Source of the DNA: Nitrospirota bacterium
GTDB taxonomy: Bacteria; Nitrospirota; UBA9217
Direction: 5' to 3'
NCBI GenBank assembly: GCA_963845065.1
Contig: CAWJQQ010000001.1
Span: 224,001-288,000 of the forward strand
Length of the DNA: 64,000 nucleotides
Shown piece after piece: positions 17,901-26,894 of the stretch (position 1 is the stretch's first letter; each line of letters opens with the position of its first letter). A program made the translations under genes and the position numbers. The notes under the pieces are model-generated. The model saw only the letters and a program-made list of their open reading frames with translations, searched no databases and was not told the DNA's origin.

Positions 17901-19556
17901 CCGCAGAAAGCCCCTGGTTTTAACCATGGGGATGAATGCGGGAACTTTGTTTTTCGGCAATTAGTAGACAAATGTACATCTATGTGGTATATTCAAACAA
18001 CCAATGCCGAATAAACCTAAAACCCCATCTTGTATTCACGAGTTTCAACTCGTAGCGACTCCAAAGGGCAATCGAATGCTCGATGCCCGGCTCGAAGCTG
18101 GCCGTTATCTGTACAATGCCTGCCTTGGTGAAGCGATGAAGCGTCTTACTGCCATGCGGCGATCAGAAAAATGGCTCGTGGCGATCACGAAGAAGAAAAG
18201 CAAGCTTCGCACCAAGATGTTTAAGACAGCCAGAACCCAGGCTGAATATACTGAATACCACCTTCATAACTACGTCGGTACCCTCCGCAATTCCTGCTGG
18301 ATCAGTGAGCATATTGACAGCCTGACCGCCCAGAAGATAGCATCTCGAGCATATAGCGCCGTCGCTGACTACGAGTTTGGGAAGCATGGCAAACCACGTT
18401 TCAAGCGCCATGGCTGGATGTCGTCCCTTGAAGGTAAAAACAACAAATCCGGTATTCGGTGGTGCGATGACCATGTGGAGTGGACCGGCCTTCGTCTCAA
18501 CTGTGTCTTCGATAAGAAAGACAAGTTTGGCGTTCAGACTCATGCACTTAGCCATGATGTCAAGTACGTTCGTCTGGTCAAGAAAACTATCCGCGGCAAT
18601 CCCCGCTGGTTTGCCCAACTTGTGCTTAAAGGCACGGCCAAGATCAAGCGTGAGAACCAGATTGGCACCGAAACTGTCGGCCTTGACATTGGCCCGTCGA
18701 CAGTTGCCGTCGTTGGTGATACCGATGCGTTACTACTCGAATTTTGCCCTGAAGTCGAGATACCGTTTAAACGTATCAAGACCGTCCGGCGCACAATGGC
18801 CAGAAGCCTTCGTGCTACCAACCCGGGCAACTACAACGGAGACAAAACCATCAAAACGGGTAAAAAGCAGTGGGTCTTTTCTGCTCAATACCGTATTCTT
18901 AAAGCTAATCTCGCCGAACTTCAAAGGATCCTTGCTGAAACCAGAAAACGGTCTCATGGCAAGCTCGTGAACAAAGTCCTCACTCTCGGTACCGACATCA
19001 AAACCGAGAAACTGTCGTACAAAGCATTTCAGAAACTCTATGGTAAAAGTATTTCGCGACGAGCTCCGGGGATGTTTATGTCGATGCTTCACCACAAAGC
19101 CGAAAACGCTGGCGGTAAAGTAACCGAGTTTTCTACCCGGAGCACAAAGCTTTCCCAGACATGCCATTGCGGAACAGTAGCCAAAAAATCATTGTCCCAA
19201 AGATGGCATGCCTGCAACTGCGGGGTAAGCACCCAGCGTGATCTCTATTCCGCATTCCTTGCAAAGCATGTTTCTAACGATGTCCTCGACACGAGTCAGG
19301 CTGCCAAAGCCTGGCCGGGTGCAAACCTGCTCCTGGAACGGGCGGTGTTGGGGGTGCAGCATGAAGCGGCAAAGGGTCGAATTCATCCAACCAGCTTCGG
19401 TATCAAGCAAGAGAACACCACGAACCGGAGACAGAGCTGCTCGTCCGTTAAAGGCGGATCAACGACAGTCGAGGCCGACAACGTTCGTATTGTTGCCGGA
19501 GAGCCTGTCGGTACAGCCGCTAGAACCCCCTGGCTTTAGACATGGGGAGTGGTCAG
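17901..19556 (+). mobile_element. tnpB-only IS200/IS605-type (IS1341-like) element
   Basis: Related subterminal hairpins CCCCTGGTTTTAACCATGGGG (left) and CCCCTGGCTTTAGACATGGGGAGTGGTCA (right) flank tnpB; no tnpA. Confidence 0.8.
18004..19539 (+). CDS. tnpB: RNA-guided endonuclease TnpB
   Basis: RYLYN, KPRFK, RuvC D (GLDIG), E (KTEKL), D (QRDLYSA), zinc finger CHCG..CNCG. Confidence 0.9.
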   Translation: MPNKPKTPSCIHEFQLVATPKGNRMLDARLEAGRYLYNACLGEAMKRLTAMRRSEKWLVAITKKKSKLRTKMFKTARTQAEYTEYHLHNYVGTLRNSCWISEHIDSLTAQKIASRAYSAVADYEFGKHGKPRFKRHGWMSSLEGKNNKSGIRWCDDHVEWTGLRLNCVFDKKDKFGVQTHALSHDVKYVRLVKKTIRGNPRWFAQLVLKGTAKIKRENQIGTETVGLDIGPSTVAVVGDTDALLLEFCPEVEIPFKRIKTVRRTMARSLRATNPGNYNGDKTIKTGKKQWVFSAQYRILKANLAELQRILAETRKRSHGKLVNKVLTLGTDIKTEKLSYKAFQKLYGKSISRRAPGMFMSMLHHKAENAGGKVTEFSTRSTKLSQTCHCGTVAKKSLSQRWHACNCGVSTQRDLYSAFLAKHVSNDVLDTSQAAKAWPGANLLLERAVLGVQHEAAKGRIHPTSFGIKQENTTNRRQSCSSVKGGSTTVEADNVRIVAGEPVGTAARTPWL

Positions 19557-19875
19557 ATTATCCAATTAGTATATCCAAAAAATATACAAAAAAATACAGA
19601 TTTGGTATTTTTAACATTGTCTATCCCTTGCTTCCAACTTAAAATGCTAAAAATGGCTCCCAAGTGGAAGTTGGGTATTTCTTTAATATTACGTACCCCA
19701 ACACTTCATGAAACCTACGAACTGCCGCGAAAGCCATGGCTGCTCGTGACAGTCGATGAAAAACAGACCCTTTTCTCTAACGGTCAGTAAGTTAAGCAAG
19801 GACTGCTTCGTCAACTATTTTCATGGTAAGCGCGATGAACAATCGATACAGGAACGGCAATTGACTGATGAGTTT

Positions 19876-20536
19876 CTACAGTCTTCGGATAAATCTGGTG
19901 ACCATGCCGATGAACACCAGGATCCATGCAGCCAGGGCTAGGTAGAAGAAGTAGCTGGAGATGAACAAAAGAGGGGTAAGTCCTGCCACTTTCCCTAATT
20001 GAAATGTGCATGTAGCATACATGCCGAGAGGAAAAACCATGCTCCAATGCTCCACGTCGTAGACAAGGGGAAAACGTTTGTATCCATACCGCCATACATT
20101 CAACAAGAACATATTGGGTATCCACCAAGTCGTCACAGCCCAAAGCGCCAGCGTCATCCACTTGAGTGCGGGCAGTATCTCTTGAAGAAAACTCCAGTAG
20201 CGGGCATGAAGGATAAGCTCGGCTCCTGCCAGAGTGCTGATTGCCGCTGCACCCATATTGATCCAGTAAGGGGGGGGTGAGCTTTTCCGCAGTAAGGCTT
20301 AGGAACATCATGCGGCGGATTATAAGGACAATAAGGAGAAAATAGAGCGCAATTCCTATTCCGTGCATACACGAGGCCACTAGCAACATAGCATTCTGCC
20401 CGCAGGCGAGGTAAGGAGTGAGGAGGATGGTTATGACAGCCGCAGCCTGTGTCCCGACTACGATGCCTGTAGCCATGATAAAGGAAAAATATCCGGGATA
20501 AAAACCAGCCGCTGCCCAATGAAGAATGCGCTTCAT
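19876..20536 (-). pseudogene. TDT/SLAC1 (tellurite/C4-dicarboxylate) transporter pseudogene
   Basis: PGYFSFIMATGIV, LTPP|YWINMGAAAIS across a G8 tract (20270-20277), WSMVFPLGMY; also an apparent internal deletion. Confidence 0.8.
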
Positions 20537-20923
20537 GATGGAACCGCCGTTATAAGTTGATTGTGATCGTTACTTTCCTGCATCGCAGGTGTCCACTTCT
20601 AATTGAGTCCTAAAATTATCTTCTATGATCCTATGAGCTGGTTATTTTCTCTTCTTTAAGTGTGATGTATTATTGCTCGTGCACCTCCGCAGTACAAGAA
20701 GGAAGAACAGCCCGAAGAATAGGGGCTATGGTCCAAAGTTATAGAAAGCGAATGCAAAAAGCTGATTCGAATTCTGTGCTTTCAGCACGGAAGACCCCTT
20801 TGCGATTTACCTCGTACGATGATTACCAGTTCAGATCATTTCATTTACGACTAGAGGTTCATCACATCCATGATGTTTGATATACTAAAGGTCAACTAAT
20901 CATAACACTCGTGGTCCTCACTC

Positions 20924-20961
20924 ACAAGAAAGGCCCCGAAATCTTTCGGGGCCTTTCTTGT
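20924..20961. terminator. Perfect inverted repeat, likely intrinsic terminator
   Basis: ACAAGAAAGGCCCCGAAA-TC-TTTCGGGGCCTTTCTTGT downstream of 20980-21387. Confidence 0.75.
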
Positions 20962-20979
20962 AAATGAGCAAAAAAAACA

Positions 20980-21387
20980 TCAGCACTGTTCCGTAACAGC
21001 GTCGGCAACAGGCAGCCAGCCCCTAACTTCATGATAGGTTACCGTTGCATCTCTGCTAACATCTATATCTTTCGATGGTTCGCGCTCGTTGCATATTTTC
21101 ACGGTCGTATTCCGGTCAAGAAATATATTCATCCGGTCATTCGGGAAATTACCAAATCCCTCGGAGCGCAATGTCAGTATGCCAATATGGTGAAGATTGT
21201 CTACAGCAACAACTTCACCATTCACGGTTTCATTCTGACCTCCCTGCATGCTTCCTGCAGCTGAAGTTGTGTTTGTAAAGGACATGGTAAAAATCGCGGA
21301 AACGAGTAAGACGAAGAATCCAGTCAAGATACGTGTTGCCTTGTCTGATTTCTTCCTAACTCTCGATTTGTTGGTCATGATCCACAC
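20980..21387 (-). CDS. Hypothetical exported protein
   Basis: GGAGG RBS, one hydrophobic segment, small beta-rich domain. Confidence 0.6.
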   Translation of the reverse strand: MWIMTNKSRVRKKSDKATRILTGFFVLLVSAIFTMSFTNTTSAAGSMQGGQNETVNGEVVAVDNLHHIGILTLRSEGFGNFPNDRMNIFLDRNTTVKICNEREPSKDIDVSRDATVTYHEVRGWLPVADAVTEQC

Positions 21388-21601
21388 CTCCTTTCACGGG
21401 GTAAATGTATAAAACTTTCCCTGACAAATACAATATTAGCTCTCATCTTCAAGATGTTCAATCAAACTAAAATATGAGATAATTTTGATAATACCAAATT
21501 GTCGACTAGGCAGCAGTATCTCTCATACTTAATAATTTATAAGAAAGACAAAATCGTCGCAGTTGATCCTGCTTCTAAACTCTTGCAGTTGCCATTGCTT
21601 A

Positions 21602-21744
21602 GGCTTCGGCTGGACATTGATAGTCATAATGGCCATATTGTTGTCTTTGGGAATGAAGGAACTCGCCCGGTTCAGCTTTAAAGACAAGTGGGAGAAGTTA
21701 ATGGGGAGCAGGAGACCTTCAATACACTGAAACAGGAGATATAC
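21602..21744 (+). pseudogene. Degraded tandem copy of the 21873-22106 gene
   Basis: Shares TGGCCATATTG, AAAGAC..GTGG and CAATACACTGAAACAGGAGATAT with 21912-22050. Confidence 0.7.
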
Positions 21745-21872
21745 TTTAATAAGATGGGTCATGAAACACAGAATAATGGCGATCGTTTTCAATCCAGCAA
21801 AAATACTTGAGGAATCGTGATGTATAAAGGGTAGGATCTGAAGGAAAAGTTACTGGCAAGGAGGTGATAAGT

Positions 21873-22106
21873 ATGGGTCCCTTTGGGAATTTCGCATGGA
21901 ATTTCGCCTTCGGATTTGGGTGGATACTGATAGGCATAGTGGCCATATTGCTGTTTTGGGGCGTCATGCAACTCAATCGGTTTAGCTTCAAAGACGAGTG
22001 GAAGAAATCAGAGGAACAGGAGACCCTCAATACACTGAAACAGGAGATATGCGCTGGCAAGATAAGTCTTGAAGAATTTGGAAAAAGAATAAAAAGCGGG
22101 ACATAG
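21873..22106 (+). CDS. Small membrane protein with SHOCT-like C-terminus
   Basis: AGGAGG RBS, one TM, LNTLKQEICAGKISLEEF. Confidence 0.7.
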   Translation: MGPFGNFAWNFAFGFGWILIGIVAILLFWGVMQLNRFSFKDEWKKSEEQETLNTLKQEICAGKISLEEFGKRIKSGT

Positions 22107-22224
22107 GATAGGCTGGTTGATTGCATTCTGTGCGATTGGCTTGTCGAGTAATTTTTTATCCTGCCGCCACTTCGATTGGACAGTATCTTAAACAGAAAGC
22201 AGGATGAAGGGAGGGTCAGCCGAC

Positions 22225-22440
22225 ATGGAGAAAAGGCTGTTTAAAGTAGAGGATCAGTTTTGCGACGAATGTGCCTTGGCCCTGCGAAGGTTCATTGGCC
22301 ATATGGAGGGGATAGAGTCTATTGACGTGGAACATAGAATGATTGCGGTCGCTTTCAACCCGGAGAAAATATCCAAGATGAGGCTCGACAGCATCACGAA
22401 AGACAGCCTGGAGAAACTCGGTCATAAGCTGATCGATTAG
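22225..22440 (+). CDS. Heavy-metal-associated (HMA) domain protein
   Basis: FCDEC motif, GIESIDV, LEKLGH; 71 aa. Confidence 0.75.
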   Translation: MEKRLFKVEDQFCDECALALRRFIGHMEGIESIDVEHRMIAVAFNPEKISKMRLDSITKDSLEKLGHKLID

Positions 22441-22612
22441 ATAGACCGTGTACTCTTCACATCATAGAGATGGAGTCGGAGCTAAGAGCGTGCCAGGGCA
22501 GTGCCATGAACAGAATTTACGGCTTGCGCAATTTCAGCGGTAGAGAAGAGTAAAAAGTGGTGATTGTTTTTGCAGTATTACTCATCAGCCGGAAGCAAGG
22601 GGAGGTGTTATA

Positions 22613-22987
22613 ATGATAAATATCAAACGCGTTTATGACCAGCCATCTCAGAGTGACGGGAAGCGTATCCTGATCGACCGGTTATGGCCGAGAGGGCTCA
22701 AGAAAGAGGATGCGCATATCGATGAATGGCTAAAGGAAATCGCCCCGAGCAAAGAGCTCAGGAAATGGTTCAACCATGATCCGAATAAGTGGGGCGAGTT
22801 CAGGAAAAGGTTTTTTACGGAACTGCTAAGGAAGGAGAATATGGTGACGGGTATCGTCGACTTGGCCCGGAAAGGTACAGTAACGCTGCTGTTCGGATCA
22901 AAAGAAGAACGTTTCAACAATGCCGTTGCGTTGAAGGAATATATTGATGCAAGAATGAAGGTATCAAAACAGAAGAAAGCCGCATAG
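22613..22987 (+). CDS. DUF488 (YeaO-like) protein
   Basis: IKRVYD..DGKRILIDRLWPRG..APSKELRKWF. Confidence 0.9.
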   Translation: MINIKRVYDQPSQSDGKRILIDRLWPRGLKKEDAHIDEWLKEIAPSKELRKWFNHDPNKWGEFRKRFFTELLRKENMVTGIVDLARKGTVTLLFGSKEERFNNAVALKEYIDARMKVSKQKKAA

Positions 22988-23054
22988 TAACGGGAATGTT
23001 ACTGTAACCGTGCGGATATTAAAAGCATTTTCCATCGGGAAGGGGGGGCGATGT

Positions 23055-23924
23055 ATGACGACTTATAACACTGTTAAATTTGACAATATAGATGTCTTCT
23101 ATCGCGAGGCAGGGCCTTCCGATGCCCCGGCAATCGTTCTTTTGCATGGTTTCCCTTCTTCGTCACACATGTATAGAAATCTGATGAAAGAACTTAAGAA
23201 CGATTTTCATCTCATTGCGCCCGACTTTCCGGGTTTCGGAAATAGCTCGTGCCCACCCGTTGACGAGTTCACATACACCTTTGATCACCTATCGGAAGTA
23301 ATCGAAAAATTCTTGCAGACTCTGAGTCTGCACAAATTCTCCTTTTATGTACAGGATTACGGTGGGCCAATAGGCTTCAGGATTGCGGCGAAGCACCCGG
23401 AGTGGATCGAGTCGCTTATCATTCAGAACGCCAATGCCTACGAAGAGGGGTTGACACCGCTCCTTGCACAGAGGAAACCGCTCTGGGAAAATAGAACGAG
23501 AGGTAACGAAAGGGCTGTGCTTAAGACCTTTAGGTCGGACCGGACACAGTGGAAATATACCAACGGAGTACGTGACAAGAGCAGGATTAGCCCCGATACC
23601 TGGAATATGGACCAGTATTTTCTGGATAGGCCCGGCAACAAACTTATCCAACTCGAACTGCAGGCGGACTACGGCTCCAACGTGAAACTTTATCCTGAGT
23701 GGCAAAATTATTTCAGAAAGCACCAGCCGCCGACGCTCGTTGTATGGGGAAAGAATGATGAAATCTATAGCCCTGAGGGCGCCAAAGCATACAGGCGTGA
23801 CCTCAAGAACGTCGAAATGCATTTGCTCGATACCGGTCATTTCGCCCTTGAAGAGGACTTTTACGTCATCGCAGTCTGCATGAGGAGATTTCTCAAAGCA
23901 TATAGAAGGGATAAAGCGGCCTAA
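23055..23924 (+). CDS. Alpha/beta hydrolase
   Basis: LLHGFPSSSHM, QDYGGP, LDTGHFALE. Confidence 0.92.
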   Translation: MTTYNTVKFDNIDVFYREAGPSDAPAIVLLHGFPSSSHMYRNLMKELKNDFHLIAPDFPGFGNSSCPPVDEFTYTFDHLSEVIEKFLQTLSLHKFSFYVQDYGGPIGFRIAAKHPEWIESLIIQNANAYEEGLTPLLAQRKPLWENRTRGNERAVLKTFRSDRTQWKYTNGVRDKSRISPDTWNMDQYFLDRPGNKLIQLELQADYGSNVKLYPEWQNYFRKHQPPTLVVWGKNDEIYSPEGAKAYRRDLKNVEMHLLDTGHFALEEDFYVIAVCMRRFLKAYRRDKAA

Positions 23925-23944
23925 AGTGAGGAGGACCGTCTTCC

Positions 23945-24220
23945 ATGCACGAACGATTGGAATACGACTGGGTAGCACCAGAGGCGTACAAAGCTATGTC
24001 AAGCCTGGACAGTTACCTGATTAGCAGTAGACTCGAAGCGTCGTTGATCGAACCTGTCAAAGTACGGGCTCGCAGATAAACGGATGTCCCTATTGCATCG
24101 ACATGCATACGAAGAACACCAGGGTCAGAGGCGAAAGTGAATAGTGTCCCTATGAACTCTATGCATGGCGTTAAGGAGACTTTTATACAGGCTGTTGTCT
24201 GGACCGAAGTAGTGACGCCT
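23945..24220 (+). pseudogene. AhpD/carboxymuconolactone decarboxylase-family pseudogene
   Basis: MHERLEY..APEAYKAM, QINGCPYCIDMH, AWR*, WTEVVT in shifted frames. Confidence 0.75.
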
Positions 24221-24352
24221 TCCGCCGGACCGCAGGAAGCTATCGTGAAACGAGTACGGACGTAACATGCGAGGCAAGTGATGCGGCGAATCTAAAGTGA
24301 CTTATCTCGAACGAATTGGTTCGGGCAGACAAGTAGGAGGACGTATGCAACA

Positions 24353-24930
24353 GCTTTTTATCTTCATAATCATTTGGGGAATAATTATTGGGTTAATTGT
24401 TGCAGCGTGGATGGGGTAAATGAAACAATCAAATTTTGCGCTAAGAAGTCAACTCTCGGGCTGATACCAGTAACATCAAACTCAACCTTGCTTCCCGCTG
24501 ACCTTGTTGCTATCATCCCCTTGTTCTCCAACCACTTCTTGACTGTCAACTCTAGCCTTGCTCCCTTATTGTGGTTTGCGTTTGGCATTATTGCTTCCCC
24601 TTAGATGGGCGTTCTTATGTTCGACTTCACTTCGTAGACGTGTGCCACAGCTTTCACAGACCCCCTCAAATGGACAACGTGTTTTCAACCAATACTTATT
24701 CTTTTTCTCGTCACACTCTGAGTATATTGCTACTCCGTGGCTTGTTCCCCTCGCAGGCCTCTCGCCGCGGATCGACTTCGTAACGCCCCTGCCATGGATA
24801 TTCCGGTTCCACATGGCCAAAGTCATCTGTCTGTTCCCGTTTACGCGGCTCGTGCATATCTTTACCATCCCGATCTTCTATTTGTGGAGGCCATATCAGG
24901 TTGCGATCTGGAACAAGTCAAGGAAAAACG
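24353..24930 (+). pseudogene. narI: Respiratory nitrate reductase gamma subunit (NarI) remnant
   Basis: C-terminal PWIFRFHM..LFPFTRLVHIFTIPIFYLWRPYQV; possible start MQQLFIFII after AGGAGG; middle replaced by unrelated DNA. Confidence 0.7.
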
Positions 24931-24960
24931 GAAAGGGGAGGAAAGTTGCGGAAATTCGCT

Positions 24961-25009
24961 TCGGTCCTAAAACCCGAAGGTCGTCGGTTCAAATCCGGCC
25001 CCCGCTACC
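24961..25009 (+). other. tRNA-fMet 3' fragment (att-like remnant) 1
   Basis: AACCCGAAGGTCGTCGGTTCAAATCCGGCCCCCGCTACC matches the 3' half of initiator tRNA-Met; no 5' half. Confidence 0.8.
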
Positions 25010-25068
25010 GAACAATCAAAGAATAATAGCGTAGCGAGAACATCCGGTCAGAGCATTTTTGAATGGTC

Positions 25069-26322
25069 TCAGCCTTTTAGAAAATGTCCATAATGTAGCG
25101 TCTGATCCACAATATGGGATTTTATTTTGCCGATTTGCTTGTTCTCCCTGATCAGACATCGATACATCCCTGCACCTGTAATATTGCCTATAAACAACAC
25201 GCCGACGAGCCTTTCACCATCAGGGCTGAATACCACTTTTCGATAGGTTGACCTGATGGCACTGACATGCACTTCATAAGCAGTGTTTTTGGTATGCACA
25301 ATGCCCATCGAGACAAAGGGCTCGTTAGCAACCTGTGTAGCGTTCATGATCCCGAATGTGCCGGAATAGGCAGTCTTTGCGCCTGCCATGTTATAGCCGG
25401 CACATTTGCCCATCTCAACCGCGTTTGTCCAAAGTGCGGTCATTATCCTGTCTCCTGTCACAGGATCAAATGTCACAGCCACATCACCGGCAGCAAAGGT
25501 ATGCGGATTATTACAAGTCGCATATTTGTCCACAACGATGCCCTTGTCTATCGCTATCTTGCTTCCAGTCAGGAAATTGATATTTGGCCTTACCCCTTTT
25601 CCTATACATACCATCTGGCAAGGCATCTCGGACCCGTCGTCAAGGGAAACTCCTATAACGCCGCTTTTATTTGAAATAATACTCTTAGCACTGCGCCCGG
25701 TTATTATCGTCAGGCCTGCTTTATCAAGGGCATTACGGATTAATCCGGCATCTTCGGGTTCCATGAGCTGAGAAAGAACCTCAGGAGAATAAACCACTAG
25801 AGTGACCTTTACCCCTAGTTCTAGAAGAGCAAATGCAGCCTTGAGATTGAGTAATCCTCCTCCCAGCATTACAGCATGTCCGGTGCTTTCGGCCCTTTGA
25901 GCCATGGCTCGGGCATCGCTTAATTTCCGAAGAGCAAAAACACCGTATGCATCTGTTCCTTCCAGCTCCGGGGGAATATAGGGACTGCTGCCGGTCGCAA
26001 AAAGAAGCTTTTCATAGGATAACTGGTCCTTCCCGCTTATACTTACGGATTTTCGCGAGGTATCCACTGAATCAACTCTTGCTCCAGTGCGAATCTCGAT
26101 GCCTGCACCTGTATATGGTCCGTTGCCAGATAGTCCTATGCTCTCTGCCTTTTTTTTGCCCGTCACTACATAGGGTATCAAAGGCCGGAAATATGGCATA
26201 TCCGGCTCTTCCGACAACACGGTGATAGTGCCTTTTGGATCCTTCTCCCGTATAGCCTGAGCTGCCGCCATCCCAGCAGCGCTGCCGCCTATGATCAGAT
26301 AATCCGGATAGTCCCTTTTCAT
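25069..26322 (-). CDS. FAD/NAD(P)-dependent oxidoreductase associated with CODH
   Basis: IIGGSAAG, LFATGS, GGGLL, FAAGDVA; directly downstream of cooF. Confidence 0.88.
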   Translation of the reverse strand: MKRDYPDYLIIGGSAAGMAAAQAIREKDPKGTITVLSEEPDMPYFRPLIPYVVTGKKKAESIGLSGNGPYTGAGIEIRTGARVDSVDTSRKSVSISGKDQLSYEKLLFATGSSPYIPPELEGTDAYGVFALRKLSDARAMAQRAESTGHAVMLGGGLLNLKAAFALLELGVKVTLVVYSPEVLSQLMEPEDAGLIRNALDKAGLTIITGRSAKSIISNKSGVIGVSLDDGSEMPCQMVCIGKGVRPNINFLTGSKIAIDKGIVVDKYATCNNPHTFAAGDVAVTFDPVTGDRIMTALWTNAVEMGKCAGYNMAGAKTAYSGTFGIMNATQVANEPFVSMGIVHTKNTAYEVHVSAIRSTYRKVVFSPDGERLVGVLFIGNITGAGMYRCLIRENKQIGKIKSHIVDQTLHYGHFLKG

Positions 26323-26323
26323 T

Positions 26324-26830
26324 TTACTCCTCTTCGCTGGTAAGCATCTTGGAAGCAGCTTCCTTTCTGACATCTTTGGAGAATGACTTTACAGTTCTGT
26401 AAACCAGTGCCTTAGTTGGACATGAACTGACGCAGGCCGGGGTTTCCCTGTCCGGGCACCTGTCGCACCTATATGACTTGTGAGTCTCCAGGTGACGGCC
26501 GATAACCCCGTATGGGCAGACCATGACGCAGGTCCAGCATCCTATGCATTTATCACTGTCTGTGATAACGACTGATTCTTTGTTTCGGCTTATTGCTCCG
26601 CTTATGCAGGCATGCATGCAGGGCGCGTCCTCACAGTGACGGCATAAGATCGGCACGTTTACATCGGGTGACACCCATTCCACATAGAGTCTGCGTTTGG
26701 GCGTGGGCTTCTCCTGCAAGGCACCATAAAGGTTCCCGCTCCTGGAATGCGCAATCGCACAGGAGATCTCGCAGGTTTTGCATGCGGTGCATCTGCTTGT
26801 ATTTACAAATATCTCTTTTGGCTCATGCAT
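26324..26830 (-). CDS. cooF: 4Fe-4S ferredoxin-like CODH electron-transfer subunit
   Basis: CTACKTCEISC, CRHCEDAPC, CIGCWTCVMVCP, CDRC..PAC..CP. Confidence 0.88.
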   Translation of the reverse strand: MHEPKEIFVNTSRCTACKTCEISCAIAHSRSGNLYGALQEKPTPKRRLYVEWVSPDVNVPILCRHCEDAPCMHACISGAISRNKESVVITDSDKCIGCWTCVMVCPYGVIGRHLETHKSYRCDRCPDRETPACVSSCPTKALVYRTVKSFSKDVRKEAASKMLTSEEE

Positions 26831-26894
26831 GGCATACTCCTTATGATTATGTTGTCTACACATCGGTACTCATCCTGCGCTGCCGCAGCCCGTA

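Noticed and set aside
18004..19539. Cas12-type CRISPR effector
   Set aside because: Flanked by IS200/IS605-type end hairpins, with no array or cas1/cas2
23289..23978. Long alternative-frame ORFs such as 23289-23978, 42481-43290 and 58115-58831
   Set aside because: Antisense to well-supported genes and without recognisable motifs
24961..25009. Complete tRNA genes at the four tRNA-like sites
   Set aside because: All lack the 5' acceptor strand and D arm, and several carry T-arm substitutions
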